A stretch of DNA of 64,000 nt from an uncultured Candidatus Saccharibacteria bacterium (GCA_964456475.1 CAYVZI010000001.1:11762-75761); one strand, 5' to 3'. Shown: positions 17,668-28,025, counted from the stretch's first letter. The notes: generated by a model not told the origin, from the letters alone. Made by a program: numbers and translations.

Positions 17668-19140
17668 TTACTTATCGAGATCTAATGTTTCGTCAATACG
17701 TATCTGCTCCACAAATTCTGGTACGTGAGAAACAAGAATCATCGTGCCTTGATATTGTTCAAGGGCTTTTGCGATGACTGGGAGATGGCGAAAGTTGATG
17801 TGGTTTGTCGGTTCATCGAGAATGAGGAGGCCTGGCTGTTCGAGCACGAGACTCGCGAATGCTACAAGTCCCTTTTGACCTTCAGAAAGTGCTCCTATTT
17901 TTGTATTCATAATCTCGCCAGTGATAAGAAATCCTGATGCCACCGCACGCATGCGTTCCTCTTCAAATCGTCCAGTTACCTTCATAACTACTGCCTTGAG
18001 TGCGTTGAACACGGTCGAATCAAAATCAAGTGTTGAAAAATCTTGCCGATAATATCCAATACGAATTCCTTTTTGAATCGTAACACCTTTTGCGGTGCCA
18101 CGAGCGAGTCCTTCGAGGAGTGTCGTCTTCCCTATCCCATTCGGACCTTTGAGAAGAAGATGCATGTTCTTTTTGAGAGACACCTTGAAATTACGTTCCA
18201 CAACTTTGTGGTTTTTCATCATTGTAAGCGAGTTGATGGCAATCACTTCGCCGATAATGTCGGGTTGAGTCGGAATCGTAAATGGACGTATTGTCTTGTC
18301 TTCTTTGCGCACGTCCACCATTTCCTCTTCGAGATCTTCGGCAAGCTCTTTCATGCGCTTTGCCACAAGACGCAAGCGTCCACCTTTGTGTGCAAATTCG
18401 TTTGATTTGTCTTTCTTAGCCTGGATCTGCTTGGCAAGCTGAGCGTTCTTCATGTTTTCCTTTTCCACGCGAGCAGTGATGTCTTTGAGCACGTTGTTGT
18501 AGTTGCCTTGGTAGAATTCGATTTTGCGTGTGTAAATATCGAGATACAAGACGCCGTCGGTAAAGGCATTCAAGAATGGCGCATCGTGGGAAATGACGAC
18601 TACTGTCTTTTTGTAATCAATAAGGAATTGTGTAAGGTGTTCGATACCGGCCTTGTCGAGGTTGTTGGTTGGCTCATCAAGAAGAAGCAGATCGGGATCT
18701 GTGATGAGTGCTGATGCAAGAAGCAAACGAGCTTGTTGCCCACCAGAAAATGTATTGATGATACGGTCGTGGACTTTTTCGTGACCCTTGAGATTCACGA
18801 CTTCAAGAACTTCGTCAATTTTTGGATCAATATCGTACACTTTCTTGTTGAAGCTCTTTTGGAAAAAGTCGCGTACAGTAAGACCCATTTGGTCACGTGG
18901 AATGACCTGGCGAGAAGTAGCAATTGTGACATCGGTGCCGATATTGATGATGCCATTTTCTGGAGTATGGAGTCCGTTGATAAGACCAAAGATAGTGCTC
19001 TTTCCAGCGCCATTTTGGCCCATGAGAGCGATCTTTGCCCCACGACGAATACCAAAGCTCACCGTATCAAGAATGGGCTTATTGTGACCATATTCAAATG
19101 ACACCTCTTCGAAACGAAGCAGTGTTTCTGCTTTTGACAT
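17668..19140 (-). CDS. ABC-F family ATPase (tandem ABC domains, no TMD)
   Basis: Two Walker A motifs (GQNGAGKST, GPNGIGKTT), two signature motifs (LSGGQQARL, LSEGQKGLV), and a charged linker. Confidence 0.9.
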   Translation of the reverse strand: MSKAETLLRFEEVSFEYGHNKPILDTVSFGIRRGAKIALMGQNGAGKSTIFGLINGLHTPENGIINIGTDVTIATSRQVIPRDQMGLTVRDFFQKSFNKKVYDIDPKIDEVLEVVNLKGHEKVHDRIINTFSGGQQARLLLASALITDPDLLLLDEPTNNLDKAGIEHLTQFLIDYKKTVVVISHDAPFLNAFTDGVLYLDIYTRKIEFYQGNYNNVLKDITARVEKENMKNAQLAKQIQAKKDKSNEFAHKGGRLRLVAKRMKELAEDLEEEMVDVRKEDKTIRPFTIPTQPDIIGEVIAINSLTMMKNHKVVERNFKVSLKKNMHLLLKGPNGIGKTTLLEGLARGTAKGVTIQKGIRIGYYRQDFSTLDFDSTVFNALKAVVMKVTGRFEEERMRAVASGFLITGEIMNTKIGALSEGQKGLVAFASLVLEQPGLLILDEPTNHINFRHLPVIAKALEQYQGTMILVSHVPEFVEQIRIDETLDLDK

Positions 19141-19192
19141 ACTGCTAGATTAACATAAAAATGAGAATTTACAAGGGTTTTCAAGTTAAACT

Positions 19193-19221
19193 ATTGACTT
19201 ATTTAATAAATTGGTGTATAA
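19193..19221 (+). promoter_or_regulatory. sigma-70-like promoter TTGACT-N17-TATAAT
   Basis: ttgacttatttaataaattggtgtataat lies 55 bp upstream of the 19276 ORF. Confidence 0.55.
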
Positions 19222-19275
19222 TTTAATTAAATCAGATGAGCTGACTGATGGACAAACAGCAAATAAATTCTTTTT

Positions 19276-19665
19276 ATGAAAAATGATGTTTTAGTTTTAC
19301 GATTTACAAAAACGAAAGCAGGTGGTCGCTTCAAACTGGTTATTGACACCAATACACCATCAATAAGTGGACATGCTGTACATCTGCCGTTCTCGACTAT
19401 TCCTGGCACGGTAGAATGGGATGGTTTACATGACCAAATATTTGCAACTCTTCAAATAGTTTTCGGGATAGCCAGCAGAAGTGAGAATTTTGCAAATAAA
19501 TCTGGTATTGAATATAAATGCGTTTTTAGCAATAAATGCATTGGAATCGGGAACATCTCATTGGATGATAATCGAATTGAAACTACAAAAGAATTAATAT
19601 TACCCATGAGTGAGGATGAATGCTCTTTTGTTTTTGATTGCATTCCAACACACCTATCGGAATAG
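19276..19665 (+). CDS. hypothetical protein
   Basis: 129-aa ORF with an upstream promoter and a downstream terminator. Confidence 0.55.
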   Translation: MKNDVLVLRFTKTKAGGRFKLVIDTNTPSISGHAVHLPFSTIPGTVEWDGLHDQIFATLQIVFGIASRSENFANKSGIEYKCVFSNKCIGIGNISLDDNRIETTKELILPMSEDECSFVFDCIPTHLSE

Positions 19666-19667
19666 TA

Positions 19668-19706
19668 AGGAACAGAAAGGAACATACCTATCTGTTCCTT
19701 TTTTAT
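19668..19706 (+). terminator. intrinsic terminator
   Basis: ggaacagaaaggaacatacctatctgttcc followed by a T-run. Confidence 0.75.
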
Positions 19707-19776
19707 TTACTCAAAATGCACCACCCCTCAATCCCCTCCTTGGTAAAGGAGGGGAAGATATTCGTTTTGTATTTTA

Positions 19777-19808
19777 CTAGCGCCTAAAGCCTAGAGCCTA
19801 ACGCCTAG
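19777..19808. repeat. CTAGG-type element, single C-arm
   Basis: ctagcgcctaaagcctagagcctaacgcctag, preceded by the hairpin cccctccttggtaaaggagggg. Confidence 0.6.
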
Positions 19809-21076
19809 TTCTTCGGCAAATACAACATCGGATCAAGATAAGCGTTCAGCGCTGCCACAGGTGCTGTATACATTTTTCCATTACAAGCTTTACTTGGGAA
19901 ACTCTGAATACTTCCCGCGTCAGCTGCGATGATTGTGAGATGCAAATGCGGGCCAGTAGCGTACCCGGTAGAACCTGAATATCCCACAAGATCACCAGTG
20001 GAAACGCGTGTTCCATCGCCGACTTTTATCAACGACATGTGACCATAAAGGCTCGAGAGACCATTGTCGTATTTTATATAGATCCATTTTCCATATGAGG
20101 CCTTCGGACATGTGAGGTCTGTGTTTCCTGAACCTACGACCACACCAGAAGCCATGGCTTTGAGTGGTGTACCAATAGAAATACCAAAATCGATTCCATT
20201 GTGTGTTCCACTCGAATAGAGGCGTTTTGCGTCAACAGTGCGTCCAAAATGTTGCGTAATTTTTACATTATTAACAGGCCAAATGAGTGGACTGGAACCA
20301 GCCGGAGGGAGTGATTTTGGATCAAGCACGTACCTAAGTTTGGATTCATAATCGCGCAAATCCCCTTCCATTTGATTCTTGAGTGCAATCTTATTGGCAA
20401 GAAGTTTCTGGTATGCTTTCTCGCTGCTTTTTGTTGAAGCAAGGAGTGAATTTTTTTGAGCTTGTGTCTGCACGGTAATCGCACGCTGGTCTTTGAGTTC
20501 TGAATTGAGAGAAATTAATGTTTTCTTTGTTGTTTCTACTTCCGCCTTTTTTGTTTTGAGCACCTGGCCAGTTGTTATGAGTTGATTTGTCCTCTCGCGA
20601 ACTCCTTCTCGAAATGATTCGAGTTCACTTGCATACCGCCACGCATCAGAAAAATTTCGCATTGATGCAAGAGCTCCTACGTCTGAATGATCCTGGGCGT
20701 TCATCTCGCGAATGCTTTTGCCAAGTGCTGTTTTGAGATCATCAATCGACTCGTTTGTATTGGCAATCGTATTTCCAAGCAGGTCGATTTTGGCACTTGT
20801 TGCAGAAATCTTTGCCTCAGAAGCTTTGATGCTTGTGCTGAGTTTTTGTGCTTCAACAGTAAGACGCTTAATCGCATTTGAAAGTGTGTTCTTGTCGTTG
20901 CCAATAACAGTCAACTGATTTTGATACTGAGCAATTTCGGCATTCAGTGCTTCAAGTGCTTTGTTTTGATTGTCGATCTTCGTCTGGAGTTCGGAAGCAG
21001 TATCAGCACGAAGTACTGATGGAATGGCGATCAAGAGAGACAAACAAAAAAGAGTGAGAAATATGTTTCTTCGCAT
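19805..21076 (-). CDS. M23 (LytM) family peptidoglycan endopeptidase with N-terminal coiled-coil (EnvC-like)
   Basis: Signal peptide, a long coiled-coil, and a C-terminal M23 domain ...HNGIDFG...GHMS...HLHL. Confidence 0.85.
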   Translation of the reverse strand: MRRNIFLTLFCLSLLIAIPSVLRADTASELQTKIDNQNKALEALNAEIAQYQNQLTVIGNDKNTLSNAIKRLTVEAQKLSTSIKASEAKISATSAKIDLLGNTIANTNESIDDLKTALGKSIREMNAQDHSDVGALASMRNFSDAWRYASELESFREGVRERTNQLITTGQVLKTKKAEVETTKKTLISLNSELKDQRAITVQTQAQKNSLLASTKSSEKAYQKLLANKIALKNQMEGDLRDYESKLRYVLDPKSLPPAGSSPLIWPVNNVKITQHFGRTVDAKRLYSSGTHNGIDFGISIGTPLKAMASGVVVGSGNTDLTCPKASYGKWIYIKYDNGLSSLYGHMSLIKVGDGTRVSTGDLVGYSGSTGYATGPHLHLTIIAADAGSIQSFPSKACNGKMYTAPVAALNAYLDPMLYLPKN

Positions 21077-21099
21077 ACTCCTATTATACTATGAATTTT

Positions 21100-21128
21100 G
21101 TCATCCCGGACTTGATCCGGGATCCACA
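21100..21128 (+). repeat. hairpin element family, copy C
   Basis: gtcatcccggacttgatccgggatccac. Confidence 0.7.
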
Positions 21129-21140
21129 TAAATTAATTCT

Positions 21141-21199
21141 TCATGGATTCCGGCTCTGACTCAGCAGAATCACTTCTTGGAAGAAAACACGGAATGACA
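21141..21199 (-). repeat. hairpin element family, inverted copy with a ~38-nt expanded loop
   Basis: catggattccg[gctctgactcagcagaatcacttcttggaagaaaacac]ggaatgac. The arms are the reverse complement of copy A. Confidence 0.55.
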
Positions 21200-21205
21200 C
21201 AAAAA

Positions 21206-22555
21206 CTAAAGCATTTTGAGAGCAGCCCCAATACGCTTGAGAGCTTCTTCTTTCCCTATAATACTCGCGATTGTAAATGGATCAGGTGATTTTTCTAGAC
21301 CAGAGAGTGAATAACGCAACGGATGTAAGAATGGTCCGCGTTTTGGGAGCGTGTCTGCATACTGCATAAGGTCAGCCTTAATTTGCTCGATGTTCCAAAC
21401 TGAAACCGATTCAAGAATTTCCTTTGCTTTTGTAAGCAAAACCACCATTTCCTCAGTATTCGAACCCTTGAAAATAATTTTCTCTTTTTCGATTCTTGGA
21501 GCGACGAAGAAGAAATCAAGTTCTCCTGTCTCAGCCATAGTTGTCACATCATTAAATTTTTCAATACGATCGATGATTACAGGTATGAGCATATCCAACT
21601 TGTCGACGTCAAAACCTGGTGATTTTTTGAATGAATCTGGAAGGTATTTTACAATCCATTCCTTCTGCAGTTCTGGAGAAAGTTTGCGAATATATTCTTT
21701 GTTGAGCCAGTTGAGCTTTTCTACATTGAATACTCCAGGACTCTTTTGTACACGCTCAATACTGAACGTACGAACGAGTTCGTCGAGTGAGAATATTTCT
21801 TGTTCTGTTCCAGGATTCCAACCGATGAGAGCCATGAAATTGATGAGTGCTTCTGGGAGATAGCCCTGCTCGCGATAATGACGCACAGAAACACTCTCAC
21901 CATGCTTTCGCTTGGAAAGTTTCTGTTTGTCAGGAGCAAGAATGAGAGGAATGTGTGCGAATTTTGGCTCAGGTTTGCCGAGTGCTCGGTACAGCAATAT
22001 CTGTCGCGGAGTGTTTGAAACATGATCTTGTCCACGAATCACATGAGTGATACCTGCCTCACAATCATCAACAACCACTGCAAAGTTGTAGAGTGGAGTA
22101 TCAAAGTCTTTTGCAATTACAAAGTCACCAAGGTCAGACGTGTCAACGGTAATGTCTCCAAGAATCAAATCATGAAAAGTAACTGTCTCATTGGTGTTCT
22201 TGTAACGAATCAGATTACGCATGACACCTGCTTCTTCTTTGGATTCTTCACTGGATATGTACGCCTTGCCGTCATCAATAAGTTGCTGAAGAAACACCTT
22301 GTGATTGTCGAGATGCTCGCTCTGACGAAAAAATGCATCGTAGGTAATACCGAGCCATTCAAGCATTGCAAGAATATCATCCTCGTACTCTTTCTTTGAG
22401 CGAATTTTGTCAGTATCCTCGATACGCAAAAGATACTTGCCATCGTTTTGACGAGCAAAAAGATAACAAAAGAGCGCCGTACGAAGCGTGCCCATATGAA
22501 AATATCCTGTCGGAGACGGTGCGATTCGAGTGATGACTAACCCTGCTGTATTCAT
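21206..22555 (-). CDS. gltX: glutamyl-tRNA synthetase
   Basis: HIGH-type APSPTGYFHMGTLRTALF and KLSKR (KMSKS). Confidence 0.9.
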   Translation of the reverse strand: MNTAGLVITRIAPSPTGYFHMGTLRTALFCYLFARQNDGKYLLRIEDTDKIRSKKEYEDDILAMLEWLGITYDAFFRQSEHLDNHKVFLQQLIDDGKAYISSEESKEEAGVMRNLIRYKNTNETVTFHDLILGDITVDTSDLGDFVIAKDFDTPLYNFAVVVDDCEAGITHVIRGQDHVSNTPRQILLYRALGKPEPKFAHIPLILAPDKQKLSKRKHGESVSVRHYREQGYLPEALINFMALIGWNPGTEQEIFSLDELVRTFSIERVQKSPGVFNVEKLNWLNKEYIRKLSPELQKEWIVKYLPDSFKKSPGFDVDKLDMLIPVIIDRIEKFNDVTTMAETGELDFFFVAPRIEKEKIIFKGSNTEEMVVLLTKAKEILESVSVWNIEQIKADLMQYADTLPKRGPFLHPLRYSLSGLEKSPDPFTIASIIGKEEALKRIGAALKML

Positions 22556-22605
22556 CCCAAAATACTACCAAATTAAGGGCTTTTTGGCGAGCAAAGTTTT
22601 ACATG

Positions 22606-22635
22606 AATTGACATAAACTACTTAGCATTCTATAC
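22606..22635 (+). promoter_or_regulatory. sigma-70-like promoter TTGACA-N17-TATACT
   Basis: ttgacataaactacttagcattctatact lies upstream of the small ORF. Confidence 0.5.
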
Positions 22636-22653
22636 TGATGAAAATTTCACAAT

Positions 22654-22830
22654 ATGAATTTTAGACAACTCCTCGCGTTCATGATTACAATGTTTGGTTT
22701 ACTCATTATTGCAGTTCAGAATCCCCCACGCAATTACAATACAGTAACTATTATAGGAATTTGTATCGGCTTATTGATGATTATCACTGGTGCGTTCATG
22801 TACTACAAAGCTAGAAAAGATTTAATATAA
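22654..22830 (+). CDS. small membrane protein (58 aa, 2 TM), below the ORF-track cutoff
   Basis: MNFRQLLAFMITMFGLLIIAV...IIGICIGLLMIITGAFMYYKARKDLI, with an upstream promoter and a downstream terminator. Confidence 0.45.
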   Translation: MNFRQLLAFMITMFGLLIIAVQNPPRNYNTVTIIGICIGLLMIITGAFMYYKARKDLI

Positions 22831-22837
22831 AATACAC

Positions 22838-22868
22838 AAGACCTCCTTACTGGGAGGTCTTATTTTTC
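22838..22868. terminator. bidirectional intrinsic terminator
   Basis: aagacctccttactgggaggtctt followed by a T-run. Confidence 0.75.
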
Positions 22869-23987
22869 ATGAGACAGTGCCATATCGACAAGTAGTCGTG
22901 CAATTTTGTGTGCCGCATCTGGTGTAGAAAAAGCCTTTGCAGAAAGTTCCATATTCTTGTGTTCGACTGGATTTGAAATGATACGTTTGACTTCGTTTAC
23001 CAAAATAGTCGGTGAAAGATTTCCCTCTTGAATCACTCGCGCACAGCCGTGTCTTGCGTAATTGAACGCATTCTTGCGTTGATGGTCTCCATTCGATTCT
23101 TCGATTGGAATCACAATCGCAGGGATTCCCCAAGAAGCAATTTCAAAAAGAGCAGAGCCTGCTCGCGTGATGACAAGATTTGCTACACCGGCAGACATTT
23201 TTTGTGCAAGCGGATTGAGATATGGAAATGGTCGATATCGAGCAGCAAATTCATTTTTCTTGAGCAAAAAATTTGTTTGCGTTTCAATCTCCTTAAAATT
23301 ATTGACTCCAGTCTGGTGAATAATTTGATAATACGGAAGCAGTTGCGGGAGCGAATCTATGATGATGTTGTTTATCGCTTCAGCACCAAGAGAGCCTCCA
23401 AGAATGAGAATTGTTGGAATTGTCGGATCAAGCTTCAAGTATTCGTATGCACCGTCGGTCTTTTTTTCTTTGAGTTCTTCGCGAATTGGCTGTCCCGTGA
23501 GAGCGACTTTGTCTTTTGGAAAATATTTACTCGCCTCGTCGTAAGATACTGCAATGTGTTTCGCAAACTTCCCTGCCCAGACATTGACGCGACCTGGTGC
23601 GCAGTCTGATTCGTGAATCACCACCGGAATGCCGAGAAATCGTGCAGCAAGTAGTGTTGGAAAGCTTGCATATCCGCCTTTTGCAAATATGACATCTGGA
23701 TAGAGAAAATAGAGTGAAAAAAGTGCGTTCAAGAAGCCCATACCAGTCTTCACCATATCGAAGTAATTTTGAATCGAAAAATATAGACGCTTCTTTCCGG
23801 CCGGGATATCTTTGAAAATGATTCCATTCTCAAAAAGTGATTGCTTGTCGTACGGAGAATCTGAATAATAGTAGAGCTTCAAATCAAGGATTTTTTCGTG
23901 ATCGACAATCTTATGAACCGATTCCGCCACGGCGATTATCGGATAAAAATGTCCTCCAGTTCCTCCACCAGTAAATACAATTTTCAT
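22860..23987 (-). CDS. murG: undecaprenyldiphospho-muramoylpentapeptide beta-N-acetylglucosaminyltransferase
   Basis: MKIVFTGGGTGGHFYPIIAV plus a C-terminal UDP-sugar-binding fold. Confidence 0.9.
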   Translation of the reverse strand: MKIVFTGGGTGGHFYPIIAVAESVHKIVDHEKILDLKLYYYSDSPYDKQSLFENGIIFKDIPAGKKRLYFSIQNYFDMVKTGMGFLNALFSLYFLYPDVIFAKGGYASFPTLLAARFLGIPVVIHESDCAPGRVNVWAGKFAKHIAVSYDEASKYFPKDKVALTGQPIREELKEKKTDGAYEYLKLDPTIPTILILGGSLGAEAINNIIIDSLPQLLPYYQIIHQTGVNNFKEIETQTNFLLKKNEFAARYRPFPYLNPLAQKMSAGVANLVITRAGSALFEIASWGIPAIVIPIEESNGDHQRKNAFNYARHGCARVIQEGNLSPTILVNEVKRIISNPVEHKNMELSAKAFSTPDAAHKIARLLVDMALSHEK

Positions 23988-24046
23988 TCTAGGAATTAGT
24001 GATTAGGGATAAGGGAGTAGTGCCACAAATCCGCAATAAAAAATAA

Positions 24047-25153
24047 TTAATTCGCTTTCCTTTCTTTTGATATTGATAAAATAATACCTACAACTGCCAT
24101 CGATATCAAAAGTGATGTTCCTCCCTGACTCATAAATACGAGCGGAACTCCCGTAAGTGGAAACAATCCGGTGATTGATGCAATATTCATAAACACTTGT
24201 AACGAAATAAGTATAACAAGTCCCGAGGCAAGCAGTCCACTAAATGAGTCCGGTGCACGGCGGGCGATCCAAAGTCCACGCATTGCAAACAAAACATAAA
24301 GAAGTACGATTGTAGTTGATCCAATAAAGCCGAACTCTTCTCCAATAACGGCAAAGATAGAATCCCCTTGTGGTTCTGGAAGATAGCTAAACTTCTGGAT
24401 ACTTTGTCCAAAACCGCGACCATTTACTTGCCCAGACCCAATAGCAATAAGTGATTGCTGAATTTGATACGAAGAGCCCGTCGGGTCGCTACTTGGATTC
24501 AGAAATGTATCAATACGTGAACGCAAATATGGAGTATTGAAAGCCAAAACGAGAAATACCACAATTGCTCCTCCTCCAAAAATAAGGAGATACTTGGCGG
24601 GAAAACCAGAAAGGAAGAGCAACCCGATTCCGGTCGCGCACATCAAAATCAGACTTTTTGTATCAGGTTGGAAGAGCAAAATACTTGCAACGATACACAA
24701 GAGAATTATAAATGGAAGGATGCCAAATAATGGATTGTTTGATTTCTTTTTGATCCACGAAAGCCAGGTGGCCAGATACATGACGAATGCTATTTTGAGA
24801 AACTCTACTGGCTGAAACGACACTCCAAACACTGAGACCCATCTACGTGCTCCGCCATGAGAAAAACCAAGATGGGGTACAAAAACAAGAAGTGTGAGTC
24901 CGATACCGCCGATGAGAATAAGACCAGAATAATTACGCCAGAAACGATATGGAATTCGTGAACAAAAATAGAGTGCAATCGTTCCGCCAACGAGCCCCAG
25001 CGCAAGCTGAGAAATAATAATTTGATAAAATTTTGCCTGATCACGAGCGAGTACACCGAGCGAAGCGGAAAAGAACGCAAAAATCCCCGCCACCACAAGA
25101 ATAATGGTGATTGTGAGGAAAATATAGTCAATCGATTTTTTTTCCGCTGCCAT
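24047..25153 (-). CDS. ftsW: SEDS-family peptidoglycan glycosyltransferase FtsW/RodA
   Basis: 10-TM SEDS pattern, and it sits in the dcw block next to murG and mraY. Confidence 0.85.
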   Translation of the reverse strand: MAAEKKSIDYIFLTITIILVVAGIFAFFSASLGVLARDQAKFYQIIISQLALGLVGGTIALYFCSRIPYRFWRNYSGLILIGGIGLTLLVFVPHLGFSHGGARRWVSVFGVSFQPVEFLKIAFVMYLATWLSWIKKKSNNPLFGILPFIILLCIVASILLFQPDTKSLILMCATGIGLLFLSGFPAKYLLIFGGGAIVVFLVLAFNTPYLRSRIDTFLNPSSDPTGSSYQIQQSLIAIGSGQVNGRGFGQSIQKFSYLPEPQGDSIFAVIGEEFGFIGSTTIVLLYVLFAMRGLWIARRAPDSFSGLLASGLVILISLQVFMNIASITGLFPLTGVPLVFMSQGGTSLLISMAVVGIILSISKERKAN

Positions 25154-25214
25154 TCGTTACTAGAGTGTAACAAAATGTCAGTGTTTAAGCCATTGAAAGT
25201 GAGTCAAATGAATT

Positions 25215-25565
25215 TCAAGTACAATATTTAAAATAAAAACTGATGAGAATAGAGAGGGTCAGGAACAACACCGCAGCCCATCGGTAGAAACTATCTCTAA
25301 TTCGCCCGTTTGTGAGTTTGTAAGTATAGTAACTTGCAAAGCTATAATTATAATTTACATCACGATTCCACTTTTTTCTTAGATCAAATTCCCATTTCGT
25401 CAGTAAACAATAGCCAAAAATCAAATCAGAAATCAGAGCTAAACTAAGCGACGCAATATACCAATACCAAAGCGACGGGAATAAATATCCTGTTAAGGCA
25501 AATGCGAATAAAACACAATGGACGAGAAAGAGAATCTGTGCAGCAATTTTATATAAAAATTTCAT
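25215..25565 (-). CDS. small membrane protein
   Basis: 116 aa with three hydrophobic helices. Confidence 0.5.
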   Translation of the reverse strand: MKFLYKIAAQILFLVHCVLFAFALTGYLFPSLWYWYIASLSLALISDLIFGYCLLTKWEFDLRKKWNRDVNYNYSFASYYTYKLTNGRIRDSFYRWAAVLFLTLSILISFYFKYCT

Positions 25566-26654
25566 TTATGAAATAAGGGCTAATACGATTCCAGTCACGG
25601 CGCAGATTACTGAAAACACCCAGTACCGCATGGTGACTTTGTATGTTGGCCAGCCGAGTGCGATGAAATGATTGTGTAATGGCGAAACAAGGAACACCTT
25701 TTTTCCATCTCGGAATTTTTTTGAAATAAGCTGAATAATGACAGAGGCTGTAGTAAGTACGAGCGGAAGCGCGATGATGAGAAGGAGTAAAACCTGTCCA
25801 GTGAGAAATGCAACCACTGTAAGTGTAGTCGTAAGACCCATTGTACCAGTCTCTGAAAGGAAGAATCGTGCAGGCGGAATATTGAACCACAAAAATACGA
25901 GCAGACTTCCCACGATTACCATACAGAATGTCGCGAGGTCGACCTGATTTTGAGCGTAAGCGATAACGCCGTACGCAGAAAACATAATCATAAATACCCC
26001 ACCTGCGAGTCCGTCCACTCCGTCAATAATTCCTCCCGAATATACTGCGAGCATGACCAGAATAAAGAATGGAATAAAGAAGTATCCGAGCACAAGTGTT
26101 CCATCGAATGGAATATGTATGCCGGTCGTTCCAAGTTTGAAATAAAACCAAAGTCCTCCAATAAGTGCAAGTAGAAAAACAACAGCAAGTCGTTTACGGA
26201 GTGAGAGTCCTCCGCCCACGAAGGTTCCCTTGCCTTTGACCACAAAAGCATCGTCAATCAAACCAACGAGGGATGCGGAAATGAGCGTAAAGAGTGGAAG
26301 CCAAGTCTGATTTCGAGAAAGAAACGAAAGTTTTTCTGATACGTTCCCTGGCATAAGAAGCGAAACGAGTGTTACCAAAATAGTCGTAAGAAGAACACTA
26401 CCCCAAACAATCACTCCGCCCATACGGGGCGTTTTTCGCACTTCATCACCATGAAGCTTGCTAGTAATCGTCGCTTCTCGCCCATCGGTTGTCTTTTGAA
26501 CACTCACCTTCTTCCAAAGTTCCCATTTGTACAAGTAATGAGTAATGAGTGGAGTGATTCCCATTCCAATAACAAAAGTAGCAATCGCCGGTACAAATAT
26601 TTTTACCGCGTCATGTATTGTTGAATAGGTTTGAGGGTTGATTGTGTAGTCCAT
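25566..26654 (-). CDS. mraY: phospho-N-acetylmuramoyl-pentapeptide transferase
   Basis: LVGLIDDAFVV and a polytopic membrane topology. In the dcw block. Confidence 0.9.
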   Translation of the reverse strand: MDYTINPQTYSTIHDAVKIFVPAIATFVIGMGITPLITHYLYKWELWKKVSVQKTTDGREATITSKLHGDEVRKTPRMGGVIVWGSVLLTTILVTLVSLLMPGNVSEKLSFLSRNQTWLPLFTLISASLVGLIDDAFVVKGKGTFVGGGLSLRKRLAVVFLLALIGGLWFYFKLGTTGIHIPFDGTLVLGYFFIPFFILVMLAVYSGGIIDGVDGLAGGVFMIMFSAYGVIAYAQNQVDLATFCMVIVGSLLVFLWFNIPPARFFLSETGTMGLTTTLTVVAFLTGQVLLLLIIALPLVLTTASVIIQLISKKFRDGKKVFLVSPLHNHFIALGWPTYKVTMRYWVFSVICAVTGIVLALIS

Positions 26655-26723
26655 AATAAGTTTATAAAGCTAAAAGTTTTTAAAGTTTATAAAGTAAATA
26701 CATTTGAGTTCGCTTTATGAACC

Positions 26724-28025
26724 TTATAAACTTGTTAGAGATTTTACCAAATCTCTAACAATCTCTCGTTCGTTCCAAGGAATCGCTCCTTCTTTTGTCA
26801 TCATAGTAGATTCGGCTCCTTTTCCAGAAATAAGAACGATATCACCCTCCATCGCAAGCGAGAGGGCTTTGGTGATCGCTTCACGTCTATCGAGTACAAG
26901 AAACAAATCTTCTTGCTCAACTTTCCCTGCCTCAATTGCAACAGCACCAAGGTCTGCAATCATTTTTACAGGATTAGAATCGTACGGATCTTCATTGGTA
27001 ATAATGAGATAATCTGACATTTTGGCGCCGATTTCTGCCATAGTTCCGCGAGGAGCACGCCCGCCGCCAATAACGCCCATAAGAAGAATTACTTTGTTTT
27101 CCTTTTCTATTAAATTTCTGGCTGTTGTAAGAAGCGCAGTGAGACTCGCTGGTTCATGCGCATAATCAACGTAGACAGAAAAATTTTGTCCTTCATCAAT
27201 GGATTCCATTCTGCCAGGAATCACCTTGAGTGACTCAAGCCCTCGTGCAATTTCTGGTGATGGAATATCGAGAAGATTTCCAATAACTATAGCTGGAAGC
27301 GCATTGTAAACATTGAACGTTCCAGGAATCGAAAGTGCATAGCGAACTCCGCCAGCAGTGAATGTGGTGCCGTTATTTTCCTGTGCAAGTCCGAGAGCTT
27401 GGACCATACCTTGTTCTAACCCGAAGGTTATCTTTTGATCAGCAGGAAATGACAAATAGTATTCCGAGTGCTCACTGTCGGCATTCGCAATTATTACTTT
27501 CGGTAATACTTTGCCATAAAAAGATCTCTTTGTTTTTTGTAACGCTGCAAACATCGGTCCTTTTGCCTTCTTGTATACTTCAAAATCATTCTTGTGACTT
27601 CCAAGGTGTTCAGGCGTCAAATTGGTGAACACTGCAATATCTACTGGAATGCCAAGATGGCGATACTGCTTCATACCTTCAGATGTCATTTCTACTACTA
27701 CGATTCCTACATTTTCGGCAAGCATCTCGCTCAGTTTTTTCTGAATAAAAGATGCAGACGGCATTGTCATGTGGTATGTGTTTGGTTCTTCTTTTTCTCC
27801 AATACGAAAATTCGCACTTGTAATGAGTCCAGCATGATATCCTCCCGCGTTTAAAACACTCCATATATAATTTGCTGTCGAAGTTTTGCCTTTTGTACCA
27901 GTCACGCCGATTACGATCATTTTGTGAGCTGGAAAGGAATGTTTGAACGCAGCATGAAAACCGCGCACTTTGTGGTACGCGTTCAATGCAAACTCTGGAA
28001 TAACTTTCTTAATTTTTTCTTTCAT
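26724..28025 (-). CDS. Mur ligase (UDP-N-acetylmuramoyl-tripeptide ligase, MurE/MurF-like)
   Basis: P-loop GVTGTKGKTSTA and DYAHEP. The position upstream of mraY would predict murF, but DYAH-PASL resembles murE, so the assignment is ambiguous. Confidence 0.8.
   Translation of the reverse strand: MKEKIKKVIPEFALNAYHKVRGFHAAFKHSFPAHKMIVIGVTGTKGKTSTANYIWSVLNAGGYHAGLITSANFRIGEKEEPNTYHMTMPSASFIQKKLSEMLAENVGIVVVEMTSEGMKQYRHLGIPVDIAVFTNLTPEHLGSHKNDFEVYKKAKGPMFAALQKTKRSFYGKVLPKVIIANADSEHSEYYLSFPADQKITFGLEQGMVQALGLAQENNGTTFTAGGVRYALSIPGTFNVYNALPAIVIGNLLDIPSPEIARGLESLKVIPGRMESIDEGQNFSVYVDYAHEPASLTALLTTARNLIEKENKVILLMGVIGGGRAPRGTMAEIGAKMSDYLIITNEDPYDSNPVKMIADLGAVAIEAGKVEQEDLFLVLDRREAITKALSLAMEGDIVLISGKGAESTMMTKEGAIPWNEREIVRDLVKSLTSL

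Noticed and set aside
26724-28025. Assigning the Mur ligase specifically as murF by its position before mraY
   Set aside because: The DYAHEPASL motif and the protein length fit MurE at least as well, so only the family-level call is retained.
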